Shown: positions 11,268 through 22,549, counted from the first letter of the stretch. The stretch: 32,000 nucleotides of DNA from Wolbachia endosymbiont of Litomosoides sigmodontis (GCF_013365435.1 NZ_CP046577.1:570001-602000), one strand, 5' to 3'. Notes: a model not told the origin generated them from the sequence alone. Translations and numbers: made by a program.

Positions 11268-11888
11268 TCAGTTATGACTATTAAAATTACATAAATCTAT
11301 TGTTGTAAAACTACACAATCGCTCCGTAGAACAGTGTTCTGTAATAATTATTATACCATTTTGCTTAGAGCGTATTGAGATTAAATTTAGCACTAATTCA
11401 CACGTTGCGCTATCAAGATTACAAAATGGTTCATCTATTAGCCAAATACCTGCGTTAGAAATCAAGAGACGAGCAAACGCAACTCTCTTCTTCCACCCTG
11501 TAGAAAGTTCACCATATCTAATATTAAGTACAGACTGTAACTGTAAACAGTAAACAGCAGCTATAATCAATTCCTTAGTATTTCGTATTCTTGCCCAGAA
11601 TTCTATGTTTTGAGCAACAGTTAGACTATCCCTACAGGCGTTTTTATGTCCTATATAAACCATAGAAGGTATATAAGATTTTAGGTCATCATATATATCT
11701 TTTTCACAATGTCTTATATTACCTGATACAGGTGGTAACAGTCCAGATAAACTTCTAATTAAGCTGGTTTTACCACTACCATTTGGACCTGTGATTAAGA
11801 TCTTTGATTTTGGTTCAGCTTTAAAACTAAGTTTTTCAAACAATACCTTATTATTACGAACACAAGATAAATTTTCACATTCGAGCAT
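11268..11888 (-). CDS. ccmA: cytochrome c maturation (heme exporter) ABC ATPase CcmA
   Basis: 206 aa single ABC domain. Walker A GPNGSGKTS, signature LSTGWKKR, Walker B IWLIDEP. CcmA-like size and N-terminus. Confidence 0.85.
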   Translation of the reverse strand: MLECENLSCVRNNKVLFEKLSFKAEPKSKILITGPNGSGKTSLIRSLSGLLPPVSGNIRHCEKDIYDDLKSYIPSMVYIGHKNACRDSLTVAQNIEFWARIRNTKELIIAAVYCLQLQSVLNIRYGELSTGWKKRVAFARLLISNAGIWLIDEPFCNLDSATCELVLNLISIRSKQNGIIIITEHCSTERLCSFTTIDLCNFNSHN

Positions 11889-11891
11889 AAA

Positions 11892-12326
11892 CTATCTACC
11901 CTTCCCTTTATACTTACCCTGAGTTGAAGCTTGGACTTTTATAAATAGTTCCCAAAATCCTTTTCTACCACCTTCTCTTTTCATTAACTGTGCAAAACGC
12001 TGCATCATCAATCTACCACCACACATAACCATTTGCGTCCACTTACCTATTGGCTTTGCAATATCAACTATTTCTGAATCTTCTTTGTAAGTCTGTATAT
12101 CTTTTCGACTATCACATAATATTCTCTGACGTTTTATTAGCTCTCTTTGCTTATCTTTTTGATATAATTTATCGAATTTTCTATCTTTTTTACACTCTTC
12201 TTCAAGGACTTTTTTAAAAAAAATGATTTTCTTAATCAAATCCTTGTATATTTTTCTAAAAAAGAGAAATACTGCAGCTATAGCAAGTAATGTTACACTA
12301 TATACTATGGTCTGTATAAACGACAT
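11892..12326 (-). CDS. hypothetical N-terminally membrane-anchored, strongly basic protein
   Basis: 144-aa ORF. One N-terminal TM (IVYSVTLLAIAAVFLFF) followed by a Lys/Arg-rich soluble part. Its stop is 3 nt before the ccmA ATG (TAG-TTT-ATG), suggesting co-transcription. I recognise no domain. Confidence 0.6.
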   Translation of the reverse strand: MSFIQTIVYSVTLLAIAAVFLFFRKIYKDLIKKIIFFKKVLEEECKKDRKFDKLYQKDKQRELIKRQRILCDSRKDIQTYKEDSEIVDIAKPIGKWTQMVMCGGRLMMQRFAQLMKREGGRKGFWELFIKVQASTQGKYKGKGR

Positions 12327-12525
12327 TTTCTGTATCTAAATTTATTAGAAATACCCTTATTATTATACTGTAATTATAAAATTACGCAAATTCTTGTGTA
12401 AGCAAAAGACAATCAAAGCAATGTTTCTCTCTCGCAAATTGTATAAACGTAAGATGAATAAACTTGTATACAATAAGGTTTATTTCTATACTTTTTAAAG
12501 AATTTGTAGCGGAGGATGCGCTAAC

Positions 12526-14328
12526 ATGAAGTACTATAAAACTCACACGTGCAATGAATTAAAAAAGAACGACGTAGAAAAGGAAGTTACCCTTTTTGGA
12601 TGGATGTTCCGTAAACGTGATCATGGAAATCTAATCTTTGTTGACTTAAGAGACTTCTATGGAATTACTCAGCTAGTATTCAATAATGACAAAGACTTTT
12701 TTTGTAAGATATCAGATCTAAAACTGGAGAGCGTAATTACTATTACAGGAATAGTCAAAGCTAGAACTGAAGACACGATAAATAATTCTATTTCGACAGG
12801 AGAGATTGAGGTTATAGTCAATAACTTGCACATCGAGTCAGAAGTTGAATTTCATCACAATGAAGAAATAGCAAAAGAAGAAAGGAGTATATTAGCAAGT
12901 ATTGCAGGTAATCAAGAATACCCAGAAAACATGAGATTTAAATACCGGTTTCTTGATTTAAGGCGTGAAAAAATCCGTAACAATATCGTTCTACGCTCAC
13001 AAATCATTGCAGAGCTCCGCAAATTCATGATAGAACAAGGATTTTTGGAAATTCAAACTCCAATACTTACTGCTTCGTCTCCTGAAGGAGCACGTGACTA
13101 TTTAGTGCCAAGTAGACTAAATCCTGGTAAATTCTATGCATTGCCACAAGCTCCGCAAATTTTTAAGCAGTTATTAATGATTTCAGGATTTGACAAATAC
13201 TTTCAAATTGCACCATGTTTTCGCGATGAAGACGCAAGGGCTGACCGTTCTCCAGGAGAGTTTTATCAGCTAGATCTTGAAATGTCTTGTGTAACACAAG
13301 AGGACATATTTCAAGTTACCGAATCTGCCTTATATAAAGTGTTTGCTAAATTTTCTCACAAATCTGTTGATAAAGATTTTCCACGCATTACCTATAAAGA
13401 GGCAATGCTTAAATACGGCTCTGACAAGCCAGATTTGCGTAATCCACTATTGATTAGCGATGTTACAGAAATTTTTCGTGAGTCAGAATTCAATATTTTT
13501 AAGAGAAATATTGAACATGGCATGGTAGTGAAAGCTGTCCCTGCTCCTAAAACAGCAGAGGAATCTCGTAGTTTTTTTGACAAAAAGATAGAACATACTC
13601 AAAAAGAATTTGGTGCTAAAGGTCTTGGATATATAACGTTTGATAAAGATGGCACCGCAAAAGGACCAATTGCTAAATTTCTTGACAAGAATAGGCTAAA
13701 TCACATAAGAGAAATAACAAACATAAAGCCTGGAGACAGCGTATTTTTCACTTCTGACAAAGAAAAAGAAGCAGCAATAATTGCAGGAAAAGTACGCACT
13801 CTTCTAGGGTCAGAATTAGGTCTTATAGACAACAATATCTTCAAGTTCTGTTGGGTTGTTGATTTTCCATACTTTATATATAACGATAAAAGTAAAAAAA
13901 TAGACTTCTTTCATAATCCATTTTCCATGCCGCATGGCGGCTTGAAAGATCTAGAAAAAAAAAATCCACTGGATATCCTTGCTTACCAATATGATCTTAT
14001 TTGTAATGGAATAGAATTATCAAGCGGAGCAATTCGCAATAACAAACTAGATATCATGTATAAAGCGTTTGCCATTGCAGGTTATAGTAAAGAAGAAGTA
14101 AATACAAAATTTGGTGCACTCGTGCGTGCATTCAGATTTGGAGTACCACCTCACGGTGGAATAGCACCAGGAATTGACAGAATAATTATGTTGCTTGCTG
14201 ATGTATCAAACATTCGTGAGATAATCTGTTTCCCTATGAATCAGCAGGGCGAAGATGTTCTAATGGGGGCCCCTTCTAAGGTGAATAACAAATACTTACG
14301 CGAGTTGTCTTTAAAGGTTATTGAATAA
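12526..14328 (+). CDS. aspS: aspartyl-tRNA synthetase (bacterial type; probably non-discriminating in this lineage)
   Basis: 600 aa class IIb aaRS. N-terminal OB fold, motif 2 [19 protein letters not shown], motif 3 [12 protein letters not shown], bacterial insertion domain. SD GGAGGA upstream. Confidence 0.95.
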   Translation: MKYYKTHTCNELKKNDVEKEVTLFGWMFRKRDHGNLIFVDLRDFYGITQLVFNNDKDFFCKISDLKLESVITITGIVKARTEDTINNSISTGEIEVIVNNLHIESEVEFHHNEEIAKEERSILASIAGNQEYPENMRFKYRFLDLRREKIRNNIVLRSQIIAELRKFMIEQGFLEIQTPILTASSPEGARDYLVPSRLNPGKFYALPQAPQIFKQLLMISGFDKYFQIAPCFRDEDARADRSPGEFYQLDLEMSCVTQEDIFQVTESALYKVFAKFSHKSVDKDFPRITYKEAMLKYGSDKPDLRNPLLISDVTEIFRESEFNIFKRNIEHGMVVKAVPAPKTAEESRSFFDKKIEHTQKEFGAKGLGYITFDKDGTAKGPIAKFLDKNRLNHIREITNIKPGDSVFFTSDKEKEAAIIAGKVRTLLGSELGLIDNNIFKFCWVVDFPYFIYNDKSKKIDFFHNPFSMPHGGLKDLEKKNPLDILAYQYDLICNGIELSSGAIRNNKLDIMYKAFAIAGYSKEEVNTKFGALVRAFRFGVPPHGGIAPGIDRIIMLLADVSNIREIICFPMNQQGEDVLMGAPSKVNNKYLRELSLKVIE

Positions 14329-14384
14329 TAAAATATTATGGCAAAGCATACTAATCAACAACATATTATAACAAATTAAAAGTC

Positions 14385-15647
14385 ATGAATAATATCCAAA
14401 AAGCAATATTATCAGGTATAATCTGCAACATGATTGTATGGTATGAATTAACCCTATTCGGAGTTTTAACACACATAATAAGCAATATTTTCTTTCCTTC
14501 GGAAAGTACTTATTTAAGCACAATCAAATTTCTTGGTAGTTTTACAATTGGATTTGGATTTAGGCCACTCGGCGCATTTATTTTTGGTTGCATTGGAGAT
14601 AAGTATGGCAGAAGGAAAGTTTTGCTAGCTTCTGTAATATTAGTTTCAATATCATCTACTGCAATTGCAGTCATACCAGGTTTTAAAGAAATAGGAATAT
14701 TCTCCCCTATATTATATCTTCTTTGTAGAATAATACAAGGAATAGCAGCAGGTGGAGAAACAAGCATTAACTCAACTTTTTTGATAGAACATTCAAGTGA
14801 CAAAAAAAATTTAGGATTTTTAGGTAGCATGAAAGCTTTCAGCGGTGCTCTTGGTTCTATCGCATGCTTTATAATGATAGTCATTGTTAAAAAATTTACA
14901 GATGAAAATTATGAAATTTGGGGATGGAGGTTGCTCTTCTATTTCTGCTCCATCATGGGTGTAATAGGTTTTTTAACAAGGTACATAATGGAAGAAAGCC
15001 TAGCATACAAGAGTCACAATCAAAATAAAAGCTTATCTAATTCTCCATTTTTAGAATTAATTAGGAGCTATAAAAAGGCATTTATAATAGCAATTGGGCT
15101 TGGTATTGCCCAAAATGCAATTGTCTACTCAATAATCATGTTTTACAATATATCTGTAAAAGAACTTATTCTTTCAGGCATTGATACTAAAAATGTAGTA
15201 AGGATTACAGTTGAAATTACATTTGGAACGTCTGCAGTGCTGTTCGCAATATTATCTGATAAAGCAGGAAGAAAAAATGTGATGATTCCTATATTAATAG
15301 CTTTAGCCTGTATAAGCTTATCAGCATTTTCGCTATTATCATATGATAATCACTATATTGTAACGCTCACTTTCCTATTAATAAGTATACCGATAGGTGC
15401 ATCCTTTGGAATATATAATTCCCTTGTTTGCGAGTTACTTCCAACGAAAGTCAGGTGCACAGGTTTTAGCCTAGCACATAATATATCTGCAGGAATTTTT
15501 GGTGGAATTTCTCCATCTATATGCATGTGGCTTATAGAGAAAACTAAAACAGAATTTGCAGCAGGTCTTTACCTTACCATGTGCGCATTAATTAGCTTAA
15601 TATCTGTGTTGCAAATTAAAATCGAAGATAAAAAAGTTGATTGGTGA
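14385..15647 (+). CDS. MFS transporter, metabolite:H+ symporter (ProP-like) family
   Basis: 420 aa, 12 TM. MFS motif A GFRPLGAFIFGCIGDKYGRRKVLL. Resembles the ProP paralogues common in Rickettsiales and lacks the ProP C-terminal coiled coil. Confidence 0.85.
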   Translation: MNNIQKAILSGIICNMIVWYELTLFGVLTHIISNIFFPSESTYLSTIKFLGSFTIGFGFRPLGAFIFGCIGDKYGRRKVLLASVILVSISSTAIAVIPGFKEIGIFSPILYLLCRIIQGIAAGGETSINSTFLIEHSSDKKNLGFLGSMKAFSGALGSIACFIMIVIVKKFTDENYEIWGWRLLFYFCSIMGVIGFLTRYIMEESLAYKSHNQNKSLSNSPFLELIRSYKKAFIIAIGLGIAQNAIVYSIIMFYNISVKELILSGIDTKNVVRITVEITFGTSAVLFAILSDKAGRKNVMIPILIALACISLSAFSLLSYDNHYIVTLTFLLISIPIGASFGIYNSLVCELLPTKVRCTGFSLAHNISAGIFGGISPSICMWLIEKTKTEFAAGLYLTMCALISLISVLQIKIEDKKVDW

Positions 15648-15699
15648 AGCTTTATTTGCATAGCTATATAAATAGATCAGAAATTTTAAATAGCTAAAA

Positions 15700-16675
15700 A
15701 ACTCTTTCATACACACCTCAGTTCATTTTCTAGTAGCATTAAAATCAAAATTATTGGATAAAAAAGTTGTGAAATCAGAAAAGAAATACAGAAGAAAACG
15801 CAAAATAATGTATATGTTTAAAAAAACTAAATGCTGCAATTGTAACAAAAAAGCATAGTATAACTGCTATAGCAAAAATATGTTGCATTTCAAGAACAGC
15901 ACTAACTGCATGGATAAAGCACCTAAAATTTAGAAGAGAAAAAAAATGTTTACTCTTCATCAACATAGTAGAAAAATTCTCTTTAAATTAGAGTCAATTT
16001 GAATAAGTTGAAACATAGATATAAGAAAATCTTATCTTAAGTATACAAAAGATGAAGTTTTCATATATTACGCCAAGACTAATTCATAATGAAAAAGATA
16101 AAAATAGACAGGAAGAGCTTAAAAAAACTTAATTAAATTATTGGTAAGCACTCTAAAATAAGAGTTATTCATTTTTGATGAATTGCAGTTTGGCACATAT
16201 TTGAAAGTTAGACATTGATGTTTTAAAAGGCATCAGAACACAGGTTAAAGTAAAATCAGGTAAACAAAATTTTTACCTCTATAGTGCAATTAATCTAAAA
16301 AATGGAGAAAGTTCTAGCTTATTTGCACCGAATGTTAACACTGATTATATGAATGTATTTCTTGAATAAATGTTGCAACATTTAAGAACATGAGAAGCCT
16401 TCCTTGTCATGGATCATGCTAATTGACATAGGTCAAAAAATTTAAAGGTACCTAAAAATATTGAGATTATATACCTATCACTGTACTCACCAAGGCTCAG
16501 CCCTATTAAGATATTTTGATTATATATAAAACAGAATATTTTGCATAACAAAGTCTATAATACAATTACTTTACTTGAGAGCGGTTTGTACAAATTCATT
16601 ATCTCTTTATTCTTACTTAATAATTAAACAACTCCGCAATATCACTTATTTAACCTGCTAATAGTGATTAGTATA
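15700..16675 (+). mobile_element. decayed IS630-family element, copy C (longest copy; transposase pseudogene)
   Basis: Conceptual translation gives broken IS630-type blocks. These are an HTH (KKHSITAIAKICCISRTALTAWIKHL), a DE..FG-like block (FIFDELQFGTYLK), NTDYMNVFLE, and DHANWHRSKNLKVPKNIEIIYL..YSP.L.PI (DDE region). Multiple stops and frameshifts. The right end ...tagtgattagtata is an inverted match to the left end of copy B. Confidence 0.7.
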
Positions 16676-16795
16676 ACTCTCTATGTTACATCTTTTGATT
16701 CAATGGAGATCTGATTTCTTAATTTAAAGTTTCTATTGTTTATAGAGGATAAGCTGCTACAATAAATGAGTTAAAAGTAGAGAAAGCTTTAAGTT

Positions 16796-18022
16796 ATGCA
16801 AGATGATAAAAAAACAACAATAGAAAAAGAAAATGGCGTATTAGATTGGATAGAGTATAGGCTACCTATATTTTCTTTTCTAAAACATACTGCTTCTTAT
16901 CAAGTGCCAAAAAATCTAAATTATGCTTGGAACTTCGGTTCTTTAGCCGGTATAGCGCTAATTTTACAAATAATAACTGGTATATTTCTTGCTATGCATT
17001 ACACTCCACATGTTGATCATGCGTTTAATAGCGTGGAACGCATAATGCGTGATGTGAATTATGGATGGCTAATACGTTACACTCATGCTGTTGGAGCGTC
17101 GCTCTTCTTTTTGGTAGTCTATGTTCATATAATGCGCGGGTTATATTACGGGTCTTATAGAGGCCCACGAGAAATAGTGTGGTTTATAGGTATATTTATA
17201 TTTTTTGCAATGATGGCAACAGCCTTTATGGGATATGTTCTTCCTTGGGGACAAATGAGTTTTTGGGGTGCAACAGTTATAACCAACTTATTTTCAGCGA
17301 TACCTTTAGTTGGTAAAAAAATAGTTGTATGGTTATGGGGTGGTTTTTCCGTTGATAACCCTACACTTAATCGTTTTTTTGCTCTGCATTATTTTTTACC
17401 TTTTATTATTATTGCCTTAGCTATGCTACATATTATTGCTTTACATAGGTTTGGTTCTGGCAATCCAAGTGGAGTAGAAATAAAATCAGGTAAGGATACC
17501 ATCCCACTATATCCTTATTATATAGTAAAGGATTGCATAACTTTTTGCCTATTTTTTATAGTTTTATTTGCATTTGTTTTCTATGCTCCCAATTATCTTG
17601 GTCATCCAGATAATTACATAGAGGCTGATTCTATGGTCACTCCTATTCATATAGTGCCAGAGTGGTACTTTTTGCCTTTTTATGCAATGTTGCGTTCAAT
17701 TCCAGATAAACTTACTGGTGTACTTACTATGTTTTTGTCTATTTTAGTATGGTTTCTATTGCCTTGGCTTGATAAAGCAAAAGTTAAAAGTGGTACTTAT
17801 CGCCCATTATTCAAAAAGTTTTTTTGGGCCTTTGCAGTAAATTTTGTATTTCTTGCTTGGCTTGGTAAGCAGGAAGTTAAAGAACCTTACATTACTCTAA
17901 GTAGACTTTCTACTCTTTATTACTTTGTATATTTTGTAATAGTTTTACCACTGCTTAGCAAGTATGAGAAGCCAGAGGAACCTCCAAAAACCATAAGTGA
18001 TTCTGTACCGGAGATGAAATAA
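16796..18022 (+). CDS. petB: cytochrome b (bc1 complex)
   Basis: 408 aa. [26 protein letters not shown] and [14 protein letters not shown] motifs. The stop overlaps the cytochrome c1 start (ATAATG). Confidence 0.95.
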   Translation: MQDDKKTTIEKENGVLDWIEYRLPIFSFLKHTASYQVPKNLNYAWNFGSLAGIALILQIITGIFLAMHYTPHVDHAFNSVERIMRDVNYGWLIRYTHAVGASLFFLVVYVHIMRGLYYGSYRGPREIVWFIGIFIFFAMMATAFMGYVLPWGQMSFWGATVITNLFSAIPLVGKKIVVWLWGGFSVDNPTLNRFFALHYFLPFIIIALAMLHIIALHRFGSGNPSGVEIKSGKDTIPLYPYYIVKDCITFCLFFIVLFAFVFYAPNYLGHPDNYIEADSMVTPIHIVPEWYFLPFYAMLRSIPDKLTGVLTMFLSILVWFLLPWLDKAKVKSGTYRPLFKKFFWAFAVNFVFLAWLGKQEVKEPYITLSRLSTLYYFVYFVIVLPLLSKYEKPEEPPKTISDSVPEMK

Positions 18023-18786
18023 TGCTGATTAAGAATATATTAACTGTATTTTATGTATTCTTTCTTGCTAATCCTGTGTACGCAGAAGAATTTGTACCTT
18101 TATCAAATAAAAAAATAGACTGGAGCTTCAATGGAGTTACTGGATCCTTTGATAGGGAGTCAATCCAGCGCGGTTATAAAGTATATAAGGAAGTCTGTGC
18201 TACTTGTCACTCAATGAATAGAGTAGCGTTTCGTAATTTGCAAGATGTTGGGTTTTCTGAAGAGGATGTAAAACAAATTGCAGCTTCTTATCAAGTTAAA
18301 GATGGTCCAAATGATCTGGGTAAAATGTTTAATAGACCTGGAATACCTTCAGATTATTTTATTGCACCTTTTGATACAAAAGAGGCAGCTATAGCAAGTA
18401 ATAATGGTGTAGTTCCACCGGACTTATCACTCATTATTAAAGCAAGGCACGATGGTGCTAATTATGTCTATTCTCTTTTAACAGGCTATCGAAACGGCGA
18501 ACAAGATGAGAGTGGTTTATATTTTAATCCATATTTCCCAACAGGTAAGTTAGCTATGGCACCACCACTATCTGAAGGAATAGTGAAATATGATGATATA
18601 AAACAAGCTACAGTTGAGAATATGGCGTATGATATAGTAAATTTTTTACAGTGGACAGCAGAGCCAGAACTAGAGCGCCGACATAAGCTTGGGTTTAAGG
18701 TAGTGGCGTATTTTGTAATCTTAACAGTATTTGTTGTATTAACCAACAAAAGGATTTGGAGCAAGCTCTATAAAAAGAAAAAATAG
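18022..18786 (+). CDS. petC: cytochrome c1 (bc1 complex)
   Basis: 254 aa. N-terminal signal peptide, heme c motif CATCHS, C-terminal TM anchor (VVAYFVILTVFVVL). Confidence 0.9.
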   Translation: MLIKNILTVFYVFFLANPVYAEEFVPLSNKKIDWSFNGVTGSFDRESIQRGYKVYKEVCATCHSMNRVAFRNLQDVGFSEEDVKQIAASYQVKDGPNDLGKMFNRPGIPSDYFIAPFDTKEAAIASNNGVVPPDLSLIIKARHDGANYVYSLLTGYRNGEQDESGLYFNPYFPTGKLAMAPPLSEGIVKYDDIKQATVENMAYDIVNFLQWTAEPELERRHKLGFKVVAYFVILTVFVVLTNKRIWSKLYKKKK

Positions 18787-18871
18787 AGTTCTTTTGATGT
18801 CCTTTGACGTTCACTTTCATATCTTATTTACTCTAGTAAGATAGTAAATATATTATGAAAATATAGGAATT

Positions 18872-20809
18872 ATGAAATTTCAACTAGTTACACATTTTCA
18901 ACCTGCTGGGGATCAACCGCAGGCAATAGATAGCTTAATTACAGGGTTAAATGACAACAAAAGAGATCAAGTTTTACTTGGAGTTACTGGTTCTGGAAAG
19001 ACTTTCACTATGGCAAATGTTATTGCAAGAACTAATAGACCTGCTCTCATTATTGCTCATAATAAAACTTTAGCAGCGCAGCTTTATGAAGAAATGAAAG
19101 GTTTTTTTCCCCATAATGCCGTTGAGTACTTCATTTCCTATTATGACTACTATCAGCCTGAAGCTTATTTACCACAAACTGACACTTATATTGAAAAAAA
19201 TTCTGTAATCAATGAAAGAATTAATATGCTACGTTATTCTGCCATTTGCTCCCTTTTGGAGCGCAAGGACACAATTGTAATTGCTAGTGTTTCCTGCATA
19301 TATGGTCTTGGTTCACCCAAAAGCTACCTCAGTATGACCATAACTTTAAGTGCTGGAGATAAAATTTGTGTTAATACTCTCTTGAATAATTTAGCTAATC
19401 TCCAGTATAAGCGCTCTGATATCAGATTTGAGAGAGGATATTTCAGAGTGTGCGGCGATGTTATCAATATATTTCCTGCCCATTACGAAGATAAAGCTTG
19501 GCGTTTATCTCTGATTGGCAATGAAATAGAAGAAATTTCTGAAATTGATGCTATAACGGGCAATATTATCAAACACATAGATAAAATCACCATCTTTCCT
19601 AATAGTTATCATATTACGTCACGTAAAACTCTGTCGCGTACAGTTCAGTTAATTAGAGAAGAGCTGAATGAACGCTTAAATTACTATTACTCACAAAACA
19701 AAATTGCCGAAGCACAACGCCTTGAACAGCGTACCAGCTTTGATATCGAAATGATGATAGCAACAGGAACGTGTAAAGGTATTGAAAATTATACGCGTTA
19801 TCTCTGTGAAACAAAAGCTGGAGAGGCTCCGCCTACGTTATTTGAATATTTACCTGAAAATGTAATTTTATTTGTTGACGAAAGTCATGTCACCGTTCCT
19901 CAGATTAGCGCAATGTATAGCAGTAATGAGTCGCGTAAAAAAAAACTAATCGACCACGGCTTCCGTCTTCCTTCTGCTTTCGATAATCGTCCATTAAAAT
20001 TTAAGGAGTGGGAAGCAGTACGGCCACAGACTATTTATATCTCAGCCACTCCAGGAAAATATGAGTTAGCAAGGACGAATAACTTGTTTGTAGAGCAAGT
20101 TATTCGTCCAACAGGACTTGCAGATCCAATTTGTATTGTGAAGCCAACAGAGATTCAAGTTTACGATGTAATTCACGAAGCGCAAATGACAATAAAGAAA
20201 GGATTTTGTGTTCTAATTACTACGCTAACCAAAAAAATGGCAGAAAAGCTAGCTGAACATATGAACGAGTTAAATATGAAAGTGAGTTATTTACATTCAG
20301 ATATTGGTGCACTAGAGAGAATTGACATTATATGCAAGTTAAGATCAAAAGAAATTGATGTTCTAGTTGGTGTTAACTTACTGCGGGAGGGTCTCGATAT
20401 TCCAGAGTGTGGTTTAGTTGCAATTTTGGATGCTGATAAAGAAGGATTTTTGCGATCAGAGACTTCACTCGTTCAAACGATTGGTCGTGCTGCACGTAAT
20501 GCTGAAGGTAGGGCAATTCTATATGCAGACAAAATCACTGGTTCCATGAATCGTGCATTAAAAGAGACTGAAAGAAGAAGAAAAAAACAAGAGAAATATA
20601 GCGCCTTGCATAATGTTTTACCCAAGACTATAATAAAACCTATATCAAATTCTTTAAAAGAAAAAGTGGTGATGAAGGTAACAACAATCGGTATGAACAA
20701 GGATGATGTAAGCAGTTTGAGAAAGCAGATGTTAGCACATGCCAAGAATTTAGAATTTGAGGAAGCAGAGAAAATCAAGAATATTATTGAAAAGATAAAT
20801 AATCCGTGA
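18872..20809 (+). CDS. uvrB: excinuclease ABC subunit B
   Basis: 645 aa. Walker [13 protein letters not shown] box (VDESHV), helicase motifs, C-terminal UVR domain ([13 protein letters not shown]). Confidence 0.95.
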   Translation: MKFQLVTHFQPAGDQPQAIDSLITGLNDNKRDQVLLGVTGSGKTFTMANVIARTNRPALIIAHNKTLAAQLYEEMKGFFPHNAVEYFISYYDYYQPEAYLPQTDTYIEKNSVINERINMLRYSAICSLLERKDTIVIASVSCIYGLGSPKSYLSMTITLSAGDKICVNTLLNNLANLQYKRSDIRFERGYFRVCGDVINIFPAHYEDKAWRLSLIGNEIEEISEIDAITGNIIKHIDKITIFPNSYHITSRKTLSRTVQLIREELNERLNYYYSQNKIAEAQRLEQRTSFDIEMMIATGTCKGIENYTRYLCETKAGEAPPTLFEYLPENVILFVDESHVTVPQISAMYSSNESRKKKLIDHGFRLPSAFDNRPLKFKEWEAVRPQTIYISATPGKYELARTNNLFVEQVIRPTGLADPICIVKPTEIQVYDVIHEAQMTIKKGFCVLITTLTKKMAEKLAEHMNELNMKVSYLHSDIGALERIDIICKLRSKEIDVLVGVNLLREGLDIPECGLVAILDADKEGFLRSETSLVQTIGRAARNAEGRAILYADKITGSMNRALKETERRRKKQEKYSALHNVLPKTIIKPISNSLKEKVVMKVTTIGMNKDDVSSLRKQMLAHAKNLEFEEAEKIKNIIEKINNP

Positions 20810-20848
20810 CATAATATGTTTTTTAAAAAAATTAGGTAATTTTATTGA

Positions 20849-20863
20849 TTAATTTAAAGTTAA
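20849..20863. promoter_or_regulatory. TTAA-N7-TTAA CtrA-type box upstream of the orphan operon
   Basis: Sequence ttaaTTTAAAGttaa read directly. It lies 67-81 nt upstream of ATG 20930 and overlaps a weak -35-like TTGATT (20845-20850). Weak specificity in AT-rich DNA. Confidence 0.25.
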
Positions 20864-20929
20864 TACATATTAAATATTCAGCACTATAAAATTAAATTAT
20901 TAGGTTTGATAGTAGAAGGGATTGACACT

Positions 20930-22210
20930 ATGAGCGATTTCACTAATAACAGTAATTCAAGCGACAGTTCAATCTTCCAGGGGAAAATTCGTCCAGAAGA
21001 TTTAAATAAAACTCAGGAAGCAAACAAATTCAAAGGAACGACGGAGGATCTTTTTAAGAAAATTGAGCTTCAAAAGCAGGAATATGAAGAGTTAAGGGAA
21101 AAAGCAGGCAGTGAAATACAAGGAATGTTAACTCCAGTAATGCTTTGTAATGATGATCTAACGGATAGTGATATAGTAAAAGAGACATTAGCTGAACTTG
21201 GGAAATTTTTTCAATCCTTATTCAGCGAATTTGAAATAGAGGTGGATCCAAAAACCTACGAGATAATCAAAGAAAAGAGGGAAAACAACTTGCTTCTTTC
21301 AATAATAAAATTTATGCATGATAAACTTAAGGAATTAGTCAAGAAAGTCTTTTCTCGCGATTTAAGTTTCGGTGAAAAAATTGATAAAGGAATAAAAGAA
21401 TTAGAAGAAAAATTACTAAGTGGCAGTTTATCTAAAGAAGGGGAAGTAACAATACTAGAGAGGCTAGAGGCCCTGCGTAAGCTTAAATTAAAACTTCAAA
21501 TGGCAGTAGCTGGGTGGATTGTAGCAATGATTGCTAAGATTTTTACAGCTGATCTAGTAGCTGCAGAAGAAGGAACAGTGACAACTAAAAAAGAAGACAA
21601 AAAAGTAGAAAAAAAGTCGTCGAAAAAAGAAGTAGAAGTTTGTAAAGAAATAGAAATAAAAGTAGGTGAAAATGGAAAATTGCGAATCTTGCCAATATCT
21701 CTTTTTATCACCTCAGTGCGTGATCAGTCAAACGGACTAATTACTCCTTTACTCGAACCAGAAGAAAGAAATCTTTTACGCGAGCCTCTAAAAAATCTGA
21801 TGCTCTCTGAGACTAAATATGATATTAATAAAGAAGATCGTGAAGTAGAAGAAAAATTAAAAGTAAAAGAAATAAACAAAAAAGAAAGTATACAAGCATC
21901 AGAGGTATTGAGAGCAGTATGTTCTTCTACTTCAGAGCAGCTTATAGTGGAGGAACGAATATTTGTTGGAGTAACAGGTTATTCTAATGAAAAAGGTCAA
22001 TATAATGATATCGACAGACAAGGGATGCGAGCGGTAAAGTCAACTGATAAGCAAGATGTAAGAAGTGTTAGCAATTCTGATGTAGAAACAGTGAAATTAA
22101 TTAATGTAGGTAAAGCTTACAGTAAATTTTTTGCCGGACAGGAAATTTCACCAGAATCAGAACTTAATTTCATAAGTGTTAAGCTTGACAATGTAGGGAA
22201 AAGCCGATAA
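20930..22210 (+). CDS. orphan Lys/Glu-rich coiled-coil protein (426 aa from ATG 20930; 434 aa if TTG 20906 is used)
   Basis: Long uninterrupted ORF. GAAGGG lies 9 nt before ATG 20930. Heptad-like charged stretches, one hydrophobic/amphipathic segment MAVAGWIVAMIAKIFTADLVAA (21500-21568), and a KKEDKKVEKKSSKKEVEV low-complexity tract. I recognise no domain. Confidence 0.7.
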   Translation: MSDFTNNSNSSDSSIFQGKIRPEDLNKTQEANKFKGTTEDLFKKIELQKQEYEELREKAGSEIQGMLTPVMLCNDDLTDSDIVKETLAELGKFFQSLFSEFEIEVDPKTYEIIKEKRENNLLLSIIKFMHDKLKELVKKVFSRDLSFGEKIDKGIKELEEKLLSGSLSKEGEVTILERLEALRKLKLKLQMAVAGWIVAMIAKIFTADLVAAEEGTVTTKKEDKKVEKKSSKKEVEVCKEIEIKVGENGKLRILPISLFITSVRDQSNGLITPLLEPEERNLLREPLKNLMLSETKYDINKEDREVEEKLKVKEINKKESIQASEVLRAVCSSTSEQLIVEERIFVGVTGYSNEKGQYNDIDRQGMRAVKSTDKQDVRSVSNSDVETVKLINVGKAYSKFFAGQEISPESELNFISVKLDNVGKSR

Positions 22211-22303
22211 TGAAAAAGATTTGTGAAATATAAAAAAAGTTCTTGCACTTATGATTTATTTGTAATATGTAGATTACATAATATATTTATAATGGAGGGG
22301 ATT

Positions 22304-22528
22304 ATGGATAAAAAATCACAAGCAAGTTCTAGTTCACAAGGGGACTCTCGTTTCCATATAGGTACATATGATGCTGCTGCCTGGAGGCGGGATAATTACG
22401 GTAAGGGTGGAGGATTAGACATGCATAAAGATCCTAGTAAGTTTGATAGGTGTTATAACTATCCTTATACAGGAATGAGTGACACTAAAACTGAGAAGGC
22501 TCAAAATAGTTGTCAAAAGGATTCATAA
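22304..22528 (+). CDS. orphan 74-aa hydrophilic protein (Ser/Gly/Tyr/Asp-rich)
   Basis: ATG 22304 is preceded by a strong SD, GGAGGGG (22294-22300). The track ORF starts earlier at GTG 22223 without an SD. It sits 21 nt upstream of the 678-aa gene on the same strand. No recognisable domain, so protein-coding status is less certain. Confidence 0.5.
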   Translation: MDKKSQASSSSQGDSRFHIGTYDAAAWRRDNYGKGGGLDMHKDPSKFDRCYNYPYTGMSDTKTEKAQNSCQKDS

Positions 22529-22549
22529 TATTTTAGGTAAGAGGAAGTT

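Noticed and set aside
22223-22303. Longer 101-aa version of the small ORF starting at GTG 22223.
   Set aside because: The extension (MKYKKSSCTYDLFVICRLHNIFI..) has no SD. A strong GGAGGGG sits 5 nt before the internal ATG 22304, so I call the 74-aa form.
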